A DNA stretch of 63,787 bases, counting the filler, from Pelomyxa schiedti (lineage: Eukaryota > Protista > Evosea): NCBI GenBank assembly GCA_020536535.1. It is 4 parts of 4 records of this genome, joined end to end, with 100 filler letters (N's around TTAATTAATTAA, not from the genome) between each part and the next. Parts side by side here need not be neighbours in the genome. Positions count along the whole stretch, not along the records: positions 31,779 to 58,975 come from JAHLWZ010000362.1; positions 59,076 to 61,952 come from JAHLWZ010001863.1; positions 62,053 to 63,787 come from JAHLWZ010002300.1; 1 more part is not named here. The stretch is one strand, 5' to 3'. Positions 50,201 through 63,231 of the stretch are shown here, one piece after another (position 1 is the stretch's first letter; each line of letters begins with the position of its first letter). A program made the position numbers and the translations under genes. The notes beneath the pieces are model-generated. The model worked only from the letters and a program-made list of their open reading frames with translations. It did no database searches and had not been told where the DNA came from.

Positions 50201-51924
50201 AGTGTGTATATATATAAAAGGAAAAGCTACGCTACCTGTCGTGCATGGTCTAGAATGAAGTGAATATAATTCCAGAAAGCTGAGAGAATGGAACCACTCA
50301 CCGATACAACATTAGGCACATTGAGTAATTGTGGGCTCAGTTTAAAAATCACTGCACAGACTTTCTCTGGGGGTTCCTTTGAGTTTACTGCATCGTTGTG
50401 GAACTTACTGACTGTGAGAAAATCTATGTGGGAAAAGGTGATTTACCTCAACAAAGTGCCGGGCGAAGTGAGTTTTCACATTTGCATCTTGAATAAGATC
50501 CAATATCAGAAATACCAATTCCTGAAGGAAGAAACACACTCAGTGTTGTTGAAGTTGAAAGAACGGTGAAAACTACATCCAGAAAGTCTGGACCAAGCTT
50601 AAGCATCACCTTCGTCCACAAACCAAGCAAACTTTCAGGGGCCACCACAGGGGATGATGACGAAAAGAGCGCGAGTGCGGTTATTGTTTCAGCAGGGAGG
50701 ATTTTAATGCAATGAATTCGGACAATCTATTTTATCATTAAAGTTGTGTTGGTGTGTCTGTGGATGTACCTTAAGAAACAGTTCAACTTGAGATAACTTT
50801 CGCAACCACTGCAACAAGGAAATTCCAAGAGCAGTGTAATGCTCTTCTTGCCTTTTGCATGGTTGTGGCGTTGGGGAGGGTCAAAAAGGAGTGAAAATTG
50901 TACCTGTTGTGAAGGGAAATTGCTGCAATGCTCTTGGAAAGCAAATTCAGTGCCACACTAATTGCCACAGGCACAGAGGAATTGTGCGGAGGCCTAAGAA
51001 GCGACAGAGGGTCTCCTTCAAAAACATTGCCATGCTTGGGGCAAAATCCTGGGATGAGGAGGTCGGAGTGAGTTGAAGTGCCTGTCACACTGGTACCTCT
51101 CCAGATTACCAGAAGGTCTCCACGCGTCAGGATTTCCACAATCACAACAGCCACCTGTCTTTGTTCAATATATCTTTTGTTATATTGGTCAGAGAAAACA
51201 AACCAAAGTGAGACATCTCAATTGAGTAGTTGTGGTTTTTATGGTTTCCTCTGTTGAAACAGTCCACACAAATCGAGCTGATCAAATATGTTTCTTGTTT
51301 GATAACAAAAAAAAACAAAAAAAAAAAAGAGAGAGAAGGAGAGCCAGAAAAAACCTGGTTGGTGAGATTCCACAGTCTCTGCACCTGATTTAAAGTGTTG
51401 ATAATGGTCTTTGGGAGCGACAGTACAACGATCGCGAAGCACACACACATTCGAATCGCACACCTGTAGAAATAAGAGCCGTCTCCCCACAGTTCCACGC
51501 AAACGGTGCCGGCCAGCAGCTCCGAACACTCCCGGAAGAACTCGTCATGTGCTCTCCCGCAGCAAAACGACAGGTCAATCACATCGACGAGGGGCCTCCA
51601 TTTCCGCGCGGCGTCGGCCTTCTCCCTCTCACTCTTTGGTTTGTTTTTGTTGTTGCCGTTTTCAACCGCGTTGGGATCGCTCGTTGTCTCTCCACCGCCA
51701 CCAACGCAGCCCAGTATTTCATTTATCAAACACTCCACCTTGCCGGTCAGCTGCCTCGCCATCTCATCGGACATCGTTGCCTTTTTGTAAATAAGCAGGC
51801 AGGAAACAAAACAAACAAATGTTGGTGATTGTGTTTGGGTTTTGGGTTGTTGAGTTGCATCCATCCGTGAATTGTGGGTGGGGTGGGGGGGGGGTATCAC
51901 CTCCCGCGCGGTGCCATCGTCCAT
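44217..51924 (-). CDS. UBR1/2/3-type N-recognin E3 ubiquitin ligase
   Basis: UBR box (FYR|CRDC..SSICVDCF..H..H..GGCCDCG..AW..FCPKH), RING-H2 (GCRHLIHWTC..MCPICR), and C-terminal LCLLCG..HAQVC..FLDQYGEPDPELRRG. Many introns; stop at 44217. Confidence 0.9.
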
Positions 51925-52033
51925 CGTCCTTTTTTTTTTTTCCTTGGTCTTGATGTTTGTAGGGGAGCTTGGTGACGGTGCAAGCAAAGGGACCACATTC
52001 ACAAAATGTTCATGTTGGTGTTGTTGATTTGTA

Positions 52034-53046
52034 TTACAAGGTGGACATTGAGATGGGTGGCTTTTTGGATGTAATATTTGTATAAGGCCCTCTTCTCTTT
52101 TTGTAGCAGATATGTGCCAGTCCAACAATGAATGCCACACATAAAACAGCAGCAATGGCGGCAAATGATAATCCTATGATTGCACTTAAGCTCAGCTCAG
52201 CTTCCTTGTTTTTTGTGGTTGGGTTTAAGCTGGATTGAGTGCGTTCTGGAACAGCAGTACCTCTACACAACGCCGTATCACCGTTGTTGCCGATCGTGAA
52301 ATTTCACATACTTCCAGTGGCATGGTGTGGTCTGCGCAGTTGGTGTAATTGCACTCGGAGGTGCATGTAACAGTGGCGTGGGTGTTGTTGCACGAGAGAA
52401 ACCCCCTGTGGTATGCATTGCAACCTAACGGATACCATCCAGTCCACTCTGTGATGATCGTTACATATATCAGCCGGTAAAGACAAGGAGTAAAAACAAA
52501 CTGAGGGGTGCGGAGCAGTTATCCCCGGAATAAATCTCGTTCATGAGCCTGTTACATCGGTTAAAAACAGGGGGAAAAAAAAAGCAGTTCAAATGCGCAC
52601 CCAACAAGTGGGTCTGGTGGGTTTTCAAGGCACTTTCTGGTTTGGTTGTCTTTGCATGTGAATGAGCCATTGCACTGCCCAACATGGAAAGCGTACACAG
52701 CAGCGATCTCATTGCAGCCTGAAACATTACAACAATAACAACACTAAATGTTGATTGGACTTGGTCGAATTAAGCACTCATTACACTACAACGCATTGAG
52801 GTTATTTAAAAGTTTGTCCTTATTTAAAGTTTGTTCTTATTTAAGGTTTGGATGTGTGGAGTGAAAAAAAAAAAGAACCAACACTTGACGAGATTTACCT
52901 TCGTCGTAGTAAAATTCGTATGTCTGCCACTGCCCGCTGCCGTCACCCATAATCCCATTTGCGTGCATCAACGCCATAGCACCGACAGCTACAACCACCG
53001 CAACGCCCATTCGCATCAAATTTTCGTTGTCACTTCGTAGAAACAT
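52034..53046 (-). CDS. Small type I membrane protein with Cys-rich ectodomain
   Basis: Hydrophobic N-terminal signal (MGVAVVVAVGAMALM), Cys-rich internal exons, C-terminal TM (IIGLSFAAIAAVLCVAFIVGLA) followed by KKRR. Confidence 0.65.
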
Positions 53047-53083
53047 TGCTCGAAAAAGGATTTTCCTTCACTGTTTGTTGGTT

Positions 53084-54301
53084 TCAGTTGGCATTCTCAG
53101 CCACTGAGGCAATGTGATCCCAAATGTTGATCAGGGTGTTGATTGGAGGCCTGAGGGATGGCTCCGCAACAAGGCAACATGAAATAACCTGCCGCGCCCA
53201 TAATGGCAACGGCACCACAACACGCTGTGGTTGTTGTTGTTGTTCACCCTGAGATGCCCCGGTTCTCGATGTGGTTGTTGTTGTTGTCAGAGTGTCAGAG
53301 TCAACAACGAATTCGCCGCCGGCAAGTGCTCGTGCAACTTGGAACCTCTCGACTTCGATGTAATTGTAGCCTCTTCCTCCTCCTCCGCTTTCAAGTTCCA
53401 ACAGTTCCGGCACTGTTTCTATGTATATGTGTGTCATTATTAGTTGCTGGGAATTGGGTTGTGGCTTGAACAGGAAAATTACCGCGAGTGGCGGAACTGC
53501 TTGCCGCGAAAGACTTTTCGCGAAGGGATACAGATTTGAAGCCGCTGGTTCTGAGAGCGGTTGAAGTGGCACAGTAATTGCTTGCCGGTATTGTTGAGGA
53601 TTTACGGAGTCCGGAATTTCCGGCATTGTTTCGCTTCGGGAATGACGAGGTTGTTGTTGACTTGATGTTTATGAAGGAGAGCGGCGCGACAACGTTGTGA
53701 ACGAGAATCCCTTTTGTTGTGCATGTAGGGTGGTGTTTAGGGAGAAGAAAAAGAAAAGTACAAAAAATACCGAAATTCCACACATCACCATGAGTGGTTG
53801 GAAGAGCGTTCCCTTGACTGATGGCTTCCGGGCTCATGTTTCTTCCTTTTTTATCCCACCTTGTTGGCGAACATAAGGTTCCACCCAATATGCTGTAATC
53901 TGCCGGAATCATCCCAATTGTGATCTTTTTTTTTGGTTAAGTTGACTTGTTTCAAAAGGTGGAAGAAAGAGAAACACCTTTGCCCATGGGCTTGATCCTG
54001 CAGGATCCAATGAAATGATCAGAACATTTCCTGTGATATATATTGCACATATATTAATACCGGACCGGAACAGCAGAAAGGGGGAAAGAGTGTGTGCACA
54101 AACCAACGTCCACCTCACCGTGGACAACGGCAGGACACTGACTGTGAAGGTGAGCAAGGCCACATGCAACGTCTCTCAGAATATGTTCCCGCACGCACAT
54201 TGGAAGAACCTCATCCGGCACACATTGGAGCTGTTGTTGTGGGGTGTCAAGGTGCATCACTCTTAGGAGGTCCGCCATTGTGCCAATTTCGCTGGAATTC
54301 G

Positions 54302-54335
<34 letters not shown>

Positions 54336-57300
54336 GGAAAGAGGAAACAATTGAGGCATGTCAAGGGGCCGAAGGCGTTCACTCATTCCCATCAGCATTG
54401 TTTCATCATGCAAAGCCACCCCACAGAACTTTGTCACATTGTGGTGGTCTGGAACGTTGTTCACTGTGTTCACTTCTGGAATCATCAACTCCAAAGTTTT
54501 TGTGGCTCCCTTTGGCTCGTTGCAATCGGAATACAACACTGTCAAATGGGGCACGGTGGCTGGTTCTTCACTTCCATCATCACTCTTGTTGTTGGTGCCA
54601 TCGATGATTACAGGTTTGAAGAAGTCATCCGGTGCAATTCCAGCAAGTGGCACAGTGTGATCCCTCAAGCAAGTGATGTTCTCTTGGCGTTTTACCACCG
54701 CTTCCATGATTGTCTTGTGTGAGATGTAACCGTGGCCAGGCTCCCTGGGAGACCCAAAGTGGGTTCCCCAGTCCGGTTCAGACGGTGTGCTCTGCTCCAT
54801 GCACTCTGGACAAACGAAAAAGAGATCCAGCGAGGGTTGATCGGCCATCATCGATCGAGCCGCTGTTGTGAGCAAAGCAAGAGCGGTGGTCATTGGGTTG
54901 TTCTTCCAGATGATTTGTGTTCCCTTTGGGTCGACTGTTGTTCTCATGGCCACCTCAACTTTCGTTTCTTGTGTGGCTTTGCCTGAAACACGGTTCATCA
55001 GCAAGTAAAACCTTTGTTGTTGTGCTCCATCACCAACATCACTCCTGGGACACTTCATGGAGATGACAATGCCGTCCCTCCAGAACCAATGTGGAGTGAC
55101 ACCTGGAATGTTGCACAATGAACACATCACCGTGGTGAATGTTTCAACAGGGAGGAACCCAAAGTGGAGCATGCAGCCGTGTGTGACCCCTTCATTGACC
55201 TTCTGTTTTCTGCCGGCGAGATTCCAGAAGGAATGCACCACAAAGGAAGGCGCAGTGGGGATGTCAGGGAGAAGAAAGAAGGACGCATGTGGTTTTCCGT
55301 GGATGAACATTGTCATCCCTGTCTGTTCCAAATGTGGCAACATGGTTGTTGTTGCCCTGAGCCTCATGGGATCGAGGTTGAAGGAAGTGGAGCAACCTTC
55401 AAAGTCTGTGCTGACATCCTTCCTGATTTTGGCTGTGATCTCAGTGAACCAAGCTGGCTCCAAAACGAGAATCTCGTTCTTTATGTCTGTGAATCTCTTC
55501 TGAAGCTCGCTGTGGCTATTCCTGAAGTGGAAAATGGATCCCACGTCGGACAACCAGTCAAAGCACATCTTCATTTCCTCCTGTTCCCTGTTGTGGCTGA
55601 TTCTGCGTGCAGTTCTCCCAACTCCACATCTGCTTGCCATTTCAATCAGTTGGGACCCTTTCATTGGTGTTGCTGCAGCAGTGGTGGCCTTCACTACTCC
55701 TCTGCTCAGGAGGTTCCACAGCTTCAGCCAGCTGCGTGGAACGCATTCTGGGACGTCAGGCCCACGGCAGAGTGCGTGAGTGACTTCCTCCAAGATGTTG
55801 AAGCTGTAAGGAATGGCTGTGATAGTGTATCCATGTCCATCTGCAAGGCTCACTGCAAAGCATCCACAGAAGCCAATTCTAGTTTGCCATTGGCCTACAA
55901 GGGCGAAGAAAAAGTTCTTGAATGACTGATGAGATCCCAGACCACCAGAGGAGATTTCAACAATAATAACCATTGGGAGGGTGATGGGTGTACGATGCAG
56001 CCTTCCACTTGTTGTTGCTTTTCTGTTGTGGCATGAATAAATTTGTTGGAGCCAGAAGTGCAGTTTGTGGAGCTTCATGTTGGCACTCAATGAGGCATCA
56101 ATAATAAGTACGAAAGTGGAGTCAGCAAAGAAGAAGCAAGGATAAAACGTGTTCCAGTCTTCGTTGCTTCCTCCTGAGTGTTTTGTTTTGTTGGACAATT
56201 AATCACTGGCCGGTGTGGGTTTTGAGTTGAGTATAACAATAATAATAAAAAAAACCTAATTCCCATGCTGTCCAATTCTTCTTGTTCAGCAACTTGAACG
56301 GTTTGTGAACTTTGATGATTGGGCTGCCTTCTTCTGCTTCTGCTTCTGCTTCTGAGGCTGTCGTTGTCTTTTTGGTCTGGGGTTTGGGGAGTTTCACCTT
56401 CGTCTTGAGTTTGTTCTCCATCAGGCACTTCAAGAATGCAGATTTGAGGTGTTGAGGTCCTCCAACAACAACAATCCGGCGGATGTTGTGCAGGACAGGC
56501 ATCTCACCAAACAACAGGAAGACCTTGATCACCCACCATTCTTTGTTCCGCAAATGTGCAGGAAGGCCTCTCAGAGGGTTCCCATCCAAGTTCACTGTGA
56601 ACACTCTTGCATGGAGGAGCCACTCTGGTATTTCATTGATTTGATTGCCAGAAAAGTTGAGTGTGCTGCATGAAATGCCTTCAAGCTGAGGTGGGACACA
56701 GTCCAATGACAGATTCCCAAGGTCAATGGCTGAATTGTATAAGATATCACTGGGAAAGCAGAGCAGCTCCCTCAAAGCAGGCCAATTCCTGGCTTTCACC
56801 CACCCACGTATTGCCCATTGTTGAACAGTCGGAAGAGCCGGTTGCCCTGAAAGAAAGTGCAGCATTGACCGGGCAGTCAGAGGGTCCATATGCACTATGT
56901 CAATTGATCCATCCTGCGGAAATTGTGGAATGCTTGAACAGGACACCGGAAGAAGTGTGGGAACACTGATGATACCTTGAAAGGAATAAGGATCACAATA
57001 GTTTTACATTTTCTTGTACCTTGGAAACGCGATGGCGTTTTTATGAAAGCTTCTTCCACAACTGAAGATATCAACGCTTTCAAAGAACTCTCTGACAGGC
57101 CATTCTGCTTGAGCATCTTGATTGCTCCCATCTGATACGATGATGTCAAGTTTTAAAGGAGGGAAAAAAAAAACCATGATGTATGTAGATAGCATACAAA
57201 AAACGCCACGCAAAGTGGGGAGGTATCGGTTTTACCATCCACAGCGGCGAGAATAGGCTCGTTCTCACAGAAGTTGAACAGAATCACAGCCCTTGGATCC

Positions 57301-57905
57301 ATCCACACAACCACGTGCCCCAGCGAAACCACCTTGTCCCAGGTGAGCGCCTTCCTTTCCGGCATGACAACCACAACCACGGAGCCCTCTGAACTCGCGC
57401 ACCCGGCCTTCATATCCTCGCTTCCGTTCCTGTGAAACACAACGTGAGGGGGAGGATGGGCAGAAGAAGAAGAAGAAGAGGAACTGGTGGGAAGGAATTG
57501 TGGGTCGCTGACGGTGATTGTGGTGGGTTCAACTGTGGTGTTGAGGAGCGTGGTTGTTGTCGTGGTTGTGGGAACTGTGGTGGTTGCTTTTGAGTCTGAG
57601 GTTGAGCTTAGTGTTAGTTTTGTTTCCCTTTCTTCTGAGGACGCTGAAGATTTTGATTTTGGGCCCCGAGTTTCTTTTGGCGGCGGGGCGAGCGCCATGC
57701 GGTTGCCGATGAGGGCGGCGAACAGCGCGGCGACCATTGTGGGAGACGAGCCATCTTCGGTGACGACGAAGCAATTCACGGTTGCTGTGTTTTTGTTGTT
57801 GTTGTTGTCCCCGCTGGTGGTGATGCCCGCGGCGCCATCATCATCGTCGCTGGTTTTTGGGGTTGTTGATGTTGTTTTCGGTGTCGTTGGCAACTCTTCC
57901 CTCAT
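53084..57905 (-). CDS. Degenerate Roco-like protein (LRR, pseudo-Roc, COR, pseudokinase)
   Basis: LRRs (LNFSGNQINEIP, VNLDGNPL). P-loop position reads VVGGPQHLKS and WDFGG reads WEL|GG. COR motifs VPRSW, WFWRDG, CPEC. Kinase remnants DVACGLAHLH..VVHGE, MSPE, DVWNFG, CLVAEPSLRP. Confidence 0.78.
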
Positions 57906-58220
57906 CGATTTTATGCGAAGGTCCGTTCATCAAAATTCCTGGTTTTTTTTTTATTCAGCCAACTGAGCAACAAATTGTTATTGACGGCTACTACTTTGGA
58001 TCGAGCGACGCTTAGAATAGCGATTCTAAATCTAATGCCAAGTTGCGGAAAGCTAAACGGCGTTGACAGCATTGCCCTGCGTGCCACGCGTTTAAACGCA
58101 CTTGATCTTTGTAACCAAAGNNNNNNNNNNNNNNNNNNNNNNNNNNNNNNNNNNNNNNNNNNNNNNNNNNNNNNNNNNNNNNNNNNNNNNNNNNNNNNNN
58201 NNNNNNNNNNNNNNNNNNNN

Positions 58221-58975
58221 CACAAGTCCCATGGCCTTTCTGGAGTCAAAGGAGGTTTTCTTTTATTTTGAATCGTACCTTTTGAAGAATGTAGGTCCTC
58301 CGCAAGAAAGGAACTGCCAAAACTTTCACAATGTCAAAGACAGGCACGCCGTCAGCAAGCATTTTCCTGATCGCCGGTGCCATCGACACTGTGTGTGCAA
58401 ACTGGTCAGAAAAATACCGAGAAATTAACTATTTGCCTGAGAAATGTCGTGCACAGTGGGTACCAAGTGATGGTGGAATTATCTGGAACCAACTCTCAAA
58501 ACCAGTGGTATTCAGTGCACAAGTTTCACATTGATCCATCAAGTGAACAATCAACTGTTGGGAAGGTGAGTTGTTTCTAAGCAGTGGGAGTGGGGAGAGA
58601 AACACCTGAGCAATGTGTGCCAACAGTACCATGCAGGTCAAGTTTGAGAATTGTTGTGCGGGCAAATGAACAGCAAGTTTGACCAAAACACAGAAAAGAT
58701 CTGATGCTGGAGATATGAGGGGGAAGGGAGGAAGACCTTGCTCCTCGGAGGTTTCTGGCTCCTCCCTCTCCTGAACTTGCTGTTGCCCTGGTTCATTGGC
58801 ATTGCCTTCGGCACTTCCAATTTCTTCATCCTCGTCTTCATCTTCCTCCTCCCCGTCATCAACATCAGATACTTCCTCCCAGTCATCCTCAAATTCCAAG
58901 AAATCTCCATCTTCTGCAATAATCCCTTCTCCCTCCATCATTCTGGTGACCATTGCCAAATCCTCCTCATTTTCT
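58221..58975 (-). other. Gap-flanked near-identical duplicate of a UBR internal segment (~45146-45901)
   Basis: Only a few SNPs and indels relative to the main copy, bounded by N gaps. Either an alternative haplotig or a fragment of a paralog. Confidence 0.85.
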
Positions 58976-59090
58976 NNNNNNNNNNNNNNNNNNNNNNNNN
59001 NNNNNNNNNNNNNNNNNNNTTAATTAATTAANNNNNNNNNNNNNNNNNNNNNNNNNNNNNNNNNNNNNNNNNNNNTATTAATTCCTTCCG

Positions 59091-60650
59091 TCAGGAAGGT
59101 TCTTTACCAGCGCAGGAAGACGTCAAGGCAGCTGGAAGTATGGTGCATACACCCACAACCACACTGGTTGTGCAATAGAGGTATGTAACCCACCTTCTCA
59201 TTCCTCCCCCTGCTGATGATGCAGTCCCGGCACTTTCATGAACCAAGGTGGATACTGTGGAGCAGCAGCCGCAGAACCCGACGGCAATGGCCCAGGCCCA
59301 GTCCTGTGCTGGATTCCCGGATTCAGTTGTGATATATGTTGCCGGTGTTTTGCTGGCTGGCTTCATCACAAGCGCGTAAAGGATGCATGCCAGTATGTTG
59401 GCTGCGAAGGTTTGGATTGGGACTTTGCTTGACTTCCACAGAACTAAAGGTTTGCTTTGCCATATGAATGAAGGTCTTATCTGCGGAGCAGGATCAACCT
59501 TGTCGGGACTATCGCTCTCACTCAGATTTGGAGTTTCTACATCATCGGATTCAATGCAAGGTGACTCAGTGCTTTGCGGAGAAGCCGCTGGTGGCACTTC
59601 AACTCGGGATAGGATACCGGTTGCCACCAAACTAAAAGCCCATCTCACAATTGTTCCGGCTGGGCAGATTGCCAGAGCGAACCAATATCTTCTCGTGAAG
59701 TGGTCGAAATACCACGTGATTGCAGCTGCCAAAAAGGCCTATTTATTATTATTCAACACAACGGGAGAAGAGAGGTTTTAGTTTCCAAATAACCGCACAA
59801 TATATTCTGATACTCACAGAGAAAGCCAAGAACGATGAAAGACAAACAAGAATAGGCAAACAAACCACACGGCTGTGTTGGTAATCCAGCATATTTTTCT
59901 CCTTTTGATTAACCAGCTCTCCACAGTGTCTTTTTTTTTTGAAATTGTGAACCATTTCAGAAAAAATATCATAAAAGAACACACCTCCCGAAGGCATAGA
60001 ACCCAACTGAGGAGCACCACCCAAATATTGCACACATAACCGCGGTAGCATATTTAGGTACCGCCATCTCACAGGCAACTGTTGCCACCCACCCGCTGAA
60101 TGTAGTTATGCACCCGCACATTCCGGTCGTGATTCCAACAAACAGTGGAGTTCCCGCAACAATTGAACCTTGTGTGACCATGAACCCCTTTGTAAGGTTA
60201 TGAATAAACACATCTCCCACTCAAATTAACAAACACCCAGAGAGGAGAGTGGAGGAAGAAGCAAGGCCGGCCACATTTCGGAAGATGAAGGGATGGACTC
60301 ACTCACCATAATGGCGCACCCAACCATGTTTGCTATGGAGTCCCTGTAGGCCGCAGCATACTCAAAGCCACCATGTTCCACAATGGAGTCAGACACTGCG
60401 GCCAGTGCCATTCTGACAATACACCCGACATAGGACATCATCACAAGAACACACACAATCCTCACTGTTGAGGAGAGCGGTGTTTGCAGTGTGGTCCAAC
60501 AACATAAGTACCCCATTTTTCTCCTTTTTGTTTGTGTTGTGTTGGGTTGTGCAGGAAAAACAAATGTGAAAAGCTGTTCTTACATTCAAGTAAATTTTGA
60601 GTTGTGTGTGAAGAAATCCTCTGTGAAATTTGGTTCATTCGAAAGCATTG
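59091..60650 (-). CDS. FEX / two-domain CrcB (Fluc) fluoride channel; 5' end uncertain
   Basis: Domain 1 has IANMVGCAIM|G and GITTGMCGCITTFSGW. Domain 2 has GTIVRW, TFAANILAC and AVGFCGCCSTVSTLVHE. Confidence 0.85.
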
Positions 60651-60787
60651 ATGTGTGGCCTGATGTTTCCCATTGAGTGATTTCAAATGTGTCAAGGACC
60701 AAGTTGTAAGTAGGAGAAAATTAAGGAGTACCAACAACAGATAAAAAAAGTGAACTTTGTTGTGTAACTTCACTCCTCGGTCTCAAG

Positions 60788-61951
60788 TCACCAGAGGAGG
60801 GAAGAGGTTTGGCACAGTTCCCTGATGCTCCATCCCACTAATTCAAATGACACAGCCAGCAGCCCTGATGAACCCTCCAGCACCTGCAAATATCTGCCGT
60901 CGTCTTCTGTGATGAAGAGGAAGCCACCACCCGTCATCACGCACCTCTCACTGGAACAAGCTTGTGGGAGCGATGTGACCACTTGGTGCCTCTGCTTCAT
61001 TGCATTTTTGCAATCCCAGATGTCCAGCCTGCTGGTTTCTATGTTGAGGACTGAGAACAGAGAGCCACTCACCGGCGAAATTAAACACCTGAATTTCCTG
61101 TCAGCAGCTCTGTAGAGCTTGCTTTTTACACCATTTGGTTGCACACAGAACAAAGCAGACTGAGAGCCATTATCATCTTGGGCATCAACAATGAACAACT
61201 TTTGGCCACTCTGCCCCTCAGTTTTGTTTTGGTCATGAATCACAAGGAGGTTGTTGAAGTGCTGAGGGGGAGACGAAAAATCACCCAAGAGAATTGTGCT
61301 GAGGATGTGCAGGGTCTTTGTGGAGTAGGACTGAGAGATGTCCCAAACCACGAGATAGTGCTCGTAAGCTTCATTCACCACAACCATCACGGCTTCTGAC
61401 AAATTCACTTTGTTCAATGTGAATAGTTTGCAACTGGAATAAGGATAGGGAATCTCAACAACCACACCAACAGGAGGCTCCTCCACCACTTTCTCTTCCA
61501 GACTCCACACAGAAAACCTCCTATCCAACCTTTTCATCTGAACAAGCCACTTCCCATTTGCTTCTGTCGAAGGCCTTTGGTCATTGGCTGGACAGAAAGC
61601 CCCAAAAACTCGCTCTGTCCCATTCCTGGTGTCATTGACATGCACCACCCCATAATTGCGTTTCCCCATCACCTGCAGCAACCTGTTTTCATCGATCCAC
61701 ACCCTTTGAAGTGCCTCAGAGACCAGGCTCTCTCGCCTCACAACTACGACGTCACTTGTGATTCCCATAATCAGGGGACAGACTCCAAACCGAAGACTAA
61801 CACGCTCGGCAGTGAAGCGCCCAGCGTCCAACTTCCTCAAAACAGCAACAACGACAATCACCCTCTGGCACCCCACGACCCACTCGTCCCACAATTTCTT
61901 CACGAGGTGCGCACCCATTATGCTCACGACCGAGCGGTCAGCAGCCTTCAC
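60788..61951 (-). CDS. Intronless beta-rich lineage-specific protein, distantly related to the ARxQF family; 5' end cut by gap
   Basis: 387-codon ORF with SVVSIM..LVKKLWDEWVV, FGVCPLIMG, NGKWLV and VLEGSSG parallel to the family motifs. Confidence 0.65.
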   Translation of the reverse strand: MKAADRSVVSIMGAHLVKKLWDEWVVGCQRVIVVVAVLRKLDAGRFTAERVSLRFGVCPLIMGITSDVVVVRRESLVSEALQRVWIDENRLLQVMGKRNYGVVHVNDTRNGTERVFGAFCPANDQRPSTEANGKWLVQMKRLDRRFSVWSLEEKVVEEPPVGVVVEIPYPYSSCKLFTLNKVNLSEAVMVVVNEAYEHYLVVWDISQSYSTKTLHILSTILLGDFSSPPQHFNNLLVIHDQNKTEGQSGQKLFIVDAQDDNGSQSALFCVQPNGVKSKLYRAADRKFRCLISPVSGSLFSVLNIETSRLDIWDCKNAMKQRHQVVTSLPQACSSERCVMTGGGFLFITEDDGRYLQVLEGSSGLLAVSFELVGWSIRELCQTSSLLW

Positions 61952-62287
61952 GNNNNNNNNNNNNNNNNNNNNNNNNNNNNNNNNNNNNNNNNNNNNTTAA
62001 TTAATTAANNNNNNNNNNNNNNNNNNNNNNNNNNNNNNNNNNNNNNNNNNNNCACGGTGTTTTGTGAGGCTGGGTTTCTGTTGCACGTGAGGAGTGACCA
62101 CATTTTGGTCACTGAACACACCTCTGGTGTTGAATTGCTCAAACTCAAGGTTCCCTATCTTGCAATGACAAACGTGTTCTCCTTTTTGTTCTGAGGTAAA
62201 CTTTTGCTTGGCATAATAAAACCCGGGAAGGGAGGTTGATGTTGATCGGCTTCAACAACAGCGACAAAGAAAGAATCATCAGTAGTG

Positions 62288-63231
62288 ATGATGCACCCAA
62301 ACACTGTTGTCATTCACCACCACATCTCGGCGAGGAGCCAATTCATCGCCCTTGGCGCTGGCGTCATTGTGGGACGGTGCGGCGGGACCAGCCCAGTGTC
62401 CACGCTCACGCCCCCGCTGCTGTCCCAACTCGGCCGCGAGTGGGTCGCGGCCCCCAGCCGCTCAGCCGACGGCGCAGTCCAAGTCGTGATCGACTTGGTG
62501 CGCACCACTGGCGCGTTTGTGCCGCCCCATAGTTACTTCTCATTCGCGGTGTCTCCGACCCTTGGGATCGTGGGAACTCCGTTTTCCGTGGAGACGCTGT
62601 GCGACGGGAGGAGGGAATTCCACGGGTGGGTTGGCCCTGAGTCGACCGGGACCAGGTTCGCTGTGATGTCGGTGTTTACAGATTGCCGGATGGTGGTACT
62701 TGACACTGAAAGAAGTGATGCGTGCGTTGCGAGGCTCTCTGACCCACACACCTACAAGTTCTGTATCTGCAGGAGGTGGGCCGTTGCGTTCCCGGTGAGG
62801 TTGGAACTGGCAATGACACTGTGGAACTTCGATTCCATTGAACGTGGTGAAGTTACCTGTGCGCCAGATATTTCCCTGCCTTGGAGGGTGGAAAACATGG
62901 CCTTTGACGGCGACTGCTCGCTTGTGATCGCGCAGGGCATAGGTCATCCACTGTAAAAGGAAGGATGGCACAGCCTGTGGGTGGAGAATACTTTGCAACC
63001 CGTGGCCAATCTGTGTCTGATGGGCATGTGATGCAGGTGTTTAGTGTGAGGGATCCAACGCGTCTGTGTTGTACACACATGGTGGGGCATTTTGACATGG
63101 TACATTTTGGGCATGGAATGGTGGTGAGGCAATTGAGACTAAAAGATGTTGAGGTTGTTGATGCTGCATCAGGCACTCTCATCCTAAGGATCACACCAGT
63201 TTTTGGGTTCCTTGTTTCCAGAGTGTTCTAG
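62288..63231 (+). pseudogene. ARxQF-family paralog with internal deletion and frameshift
   Basis: ARSQFIALGAGVIVGRCG. Stop at 62956, and homology resumes in another frame (QPVGGEYF..VVDAASG). About 50 aa present in the paralogs is missing. Confidence 0.7.

Noticed and set aside
58221-58975. Second UBR gene
   Set aside because: A short, gap-bounded, nearly identical fragment that cannot be distinguished from an alternative haplotig.
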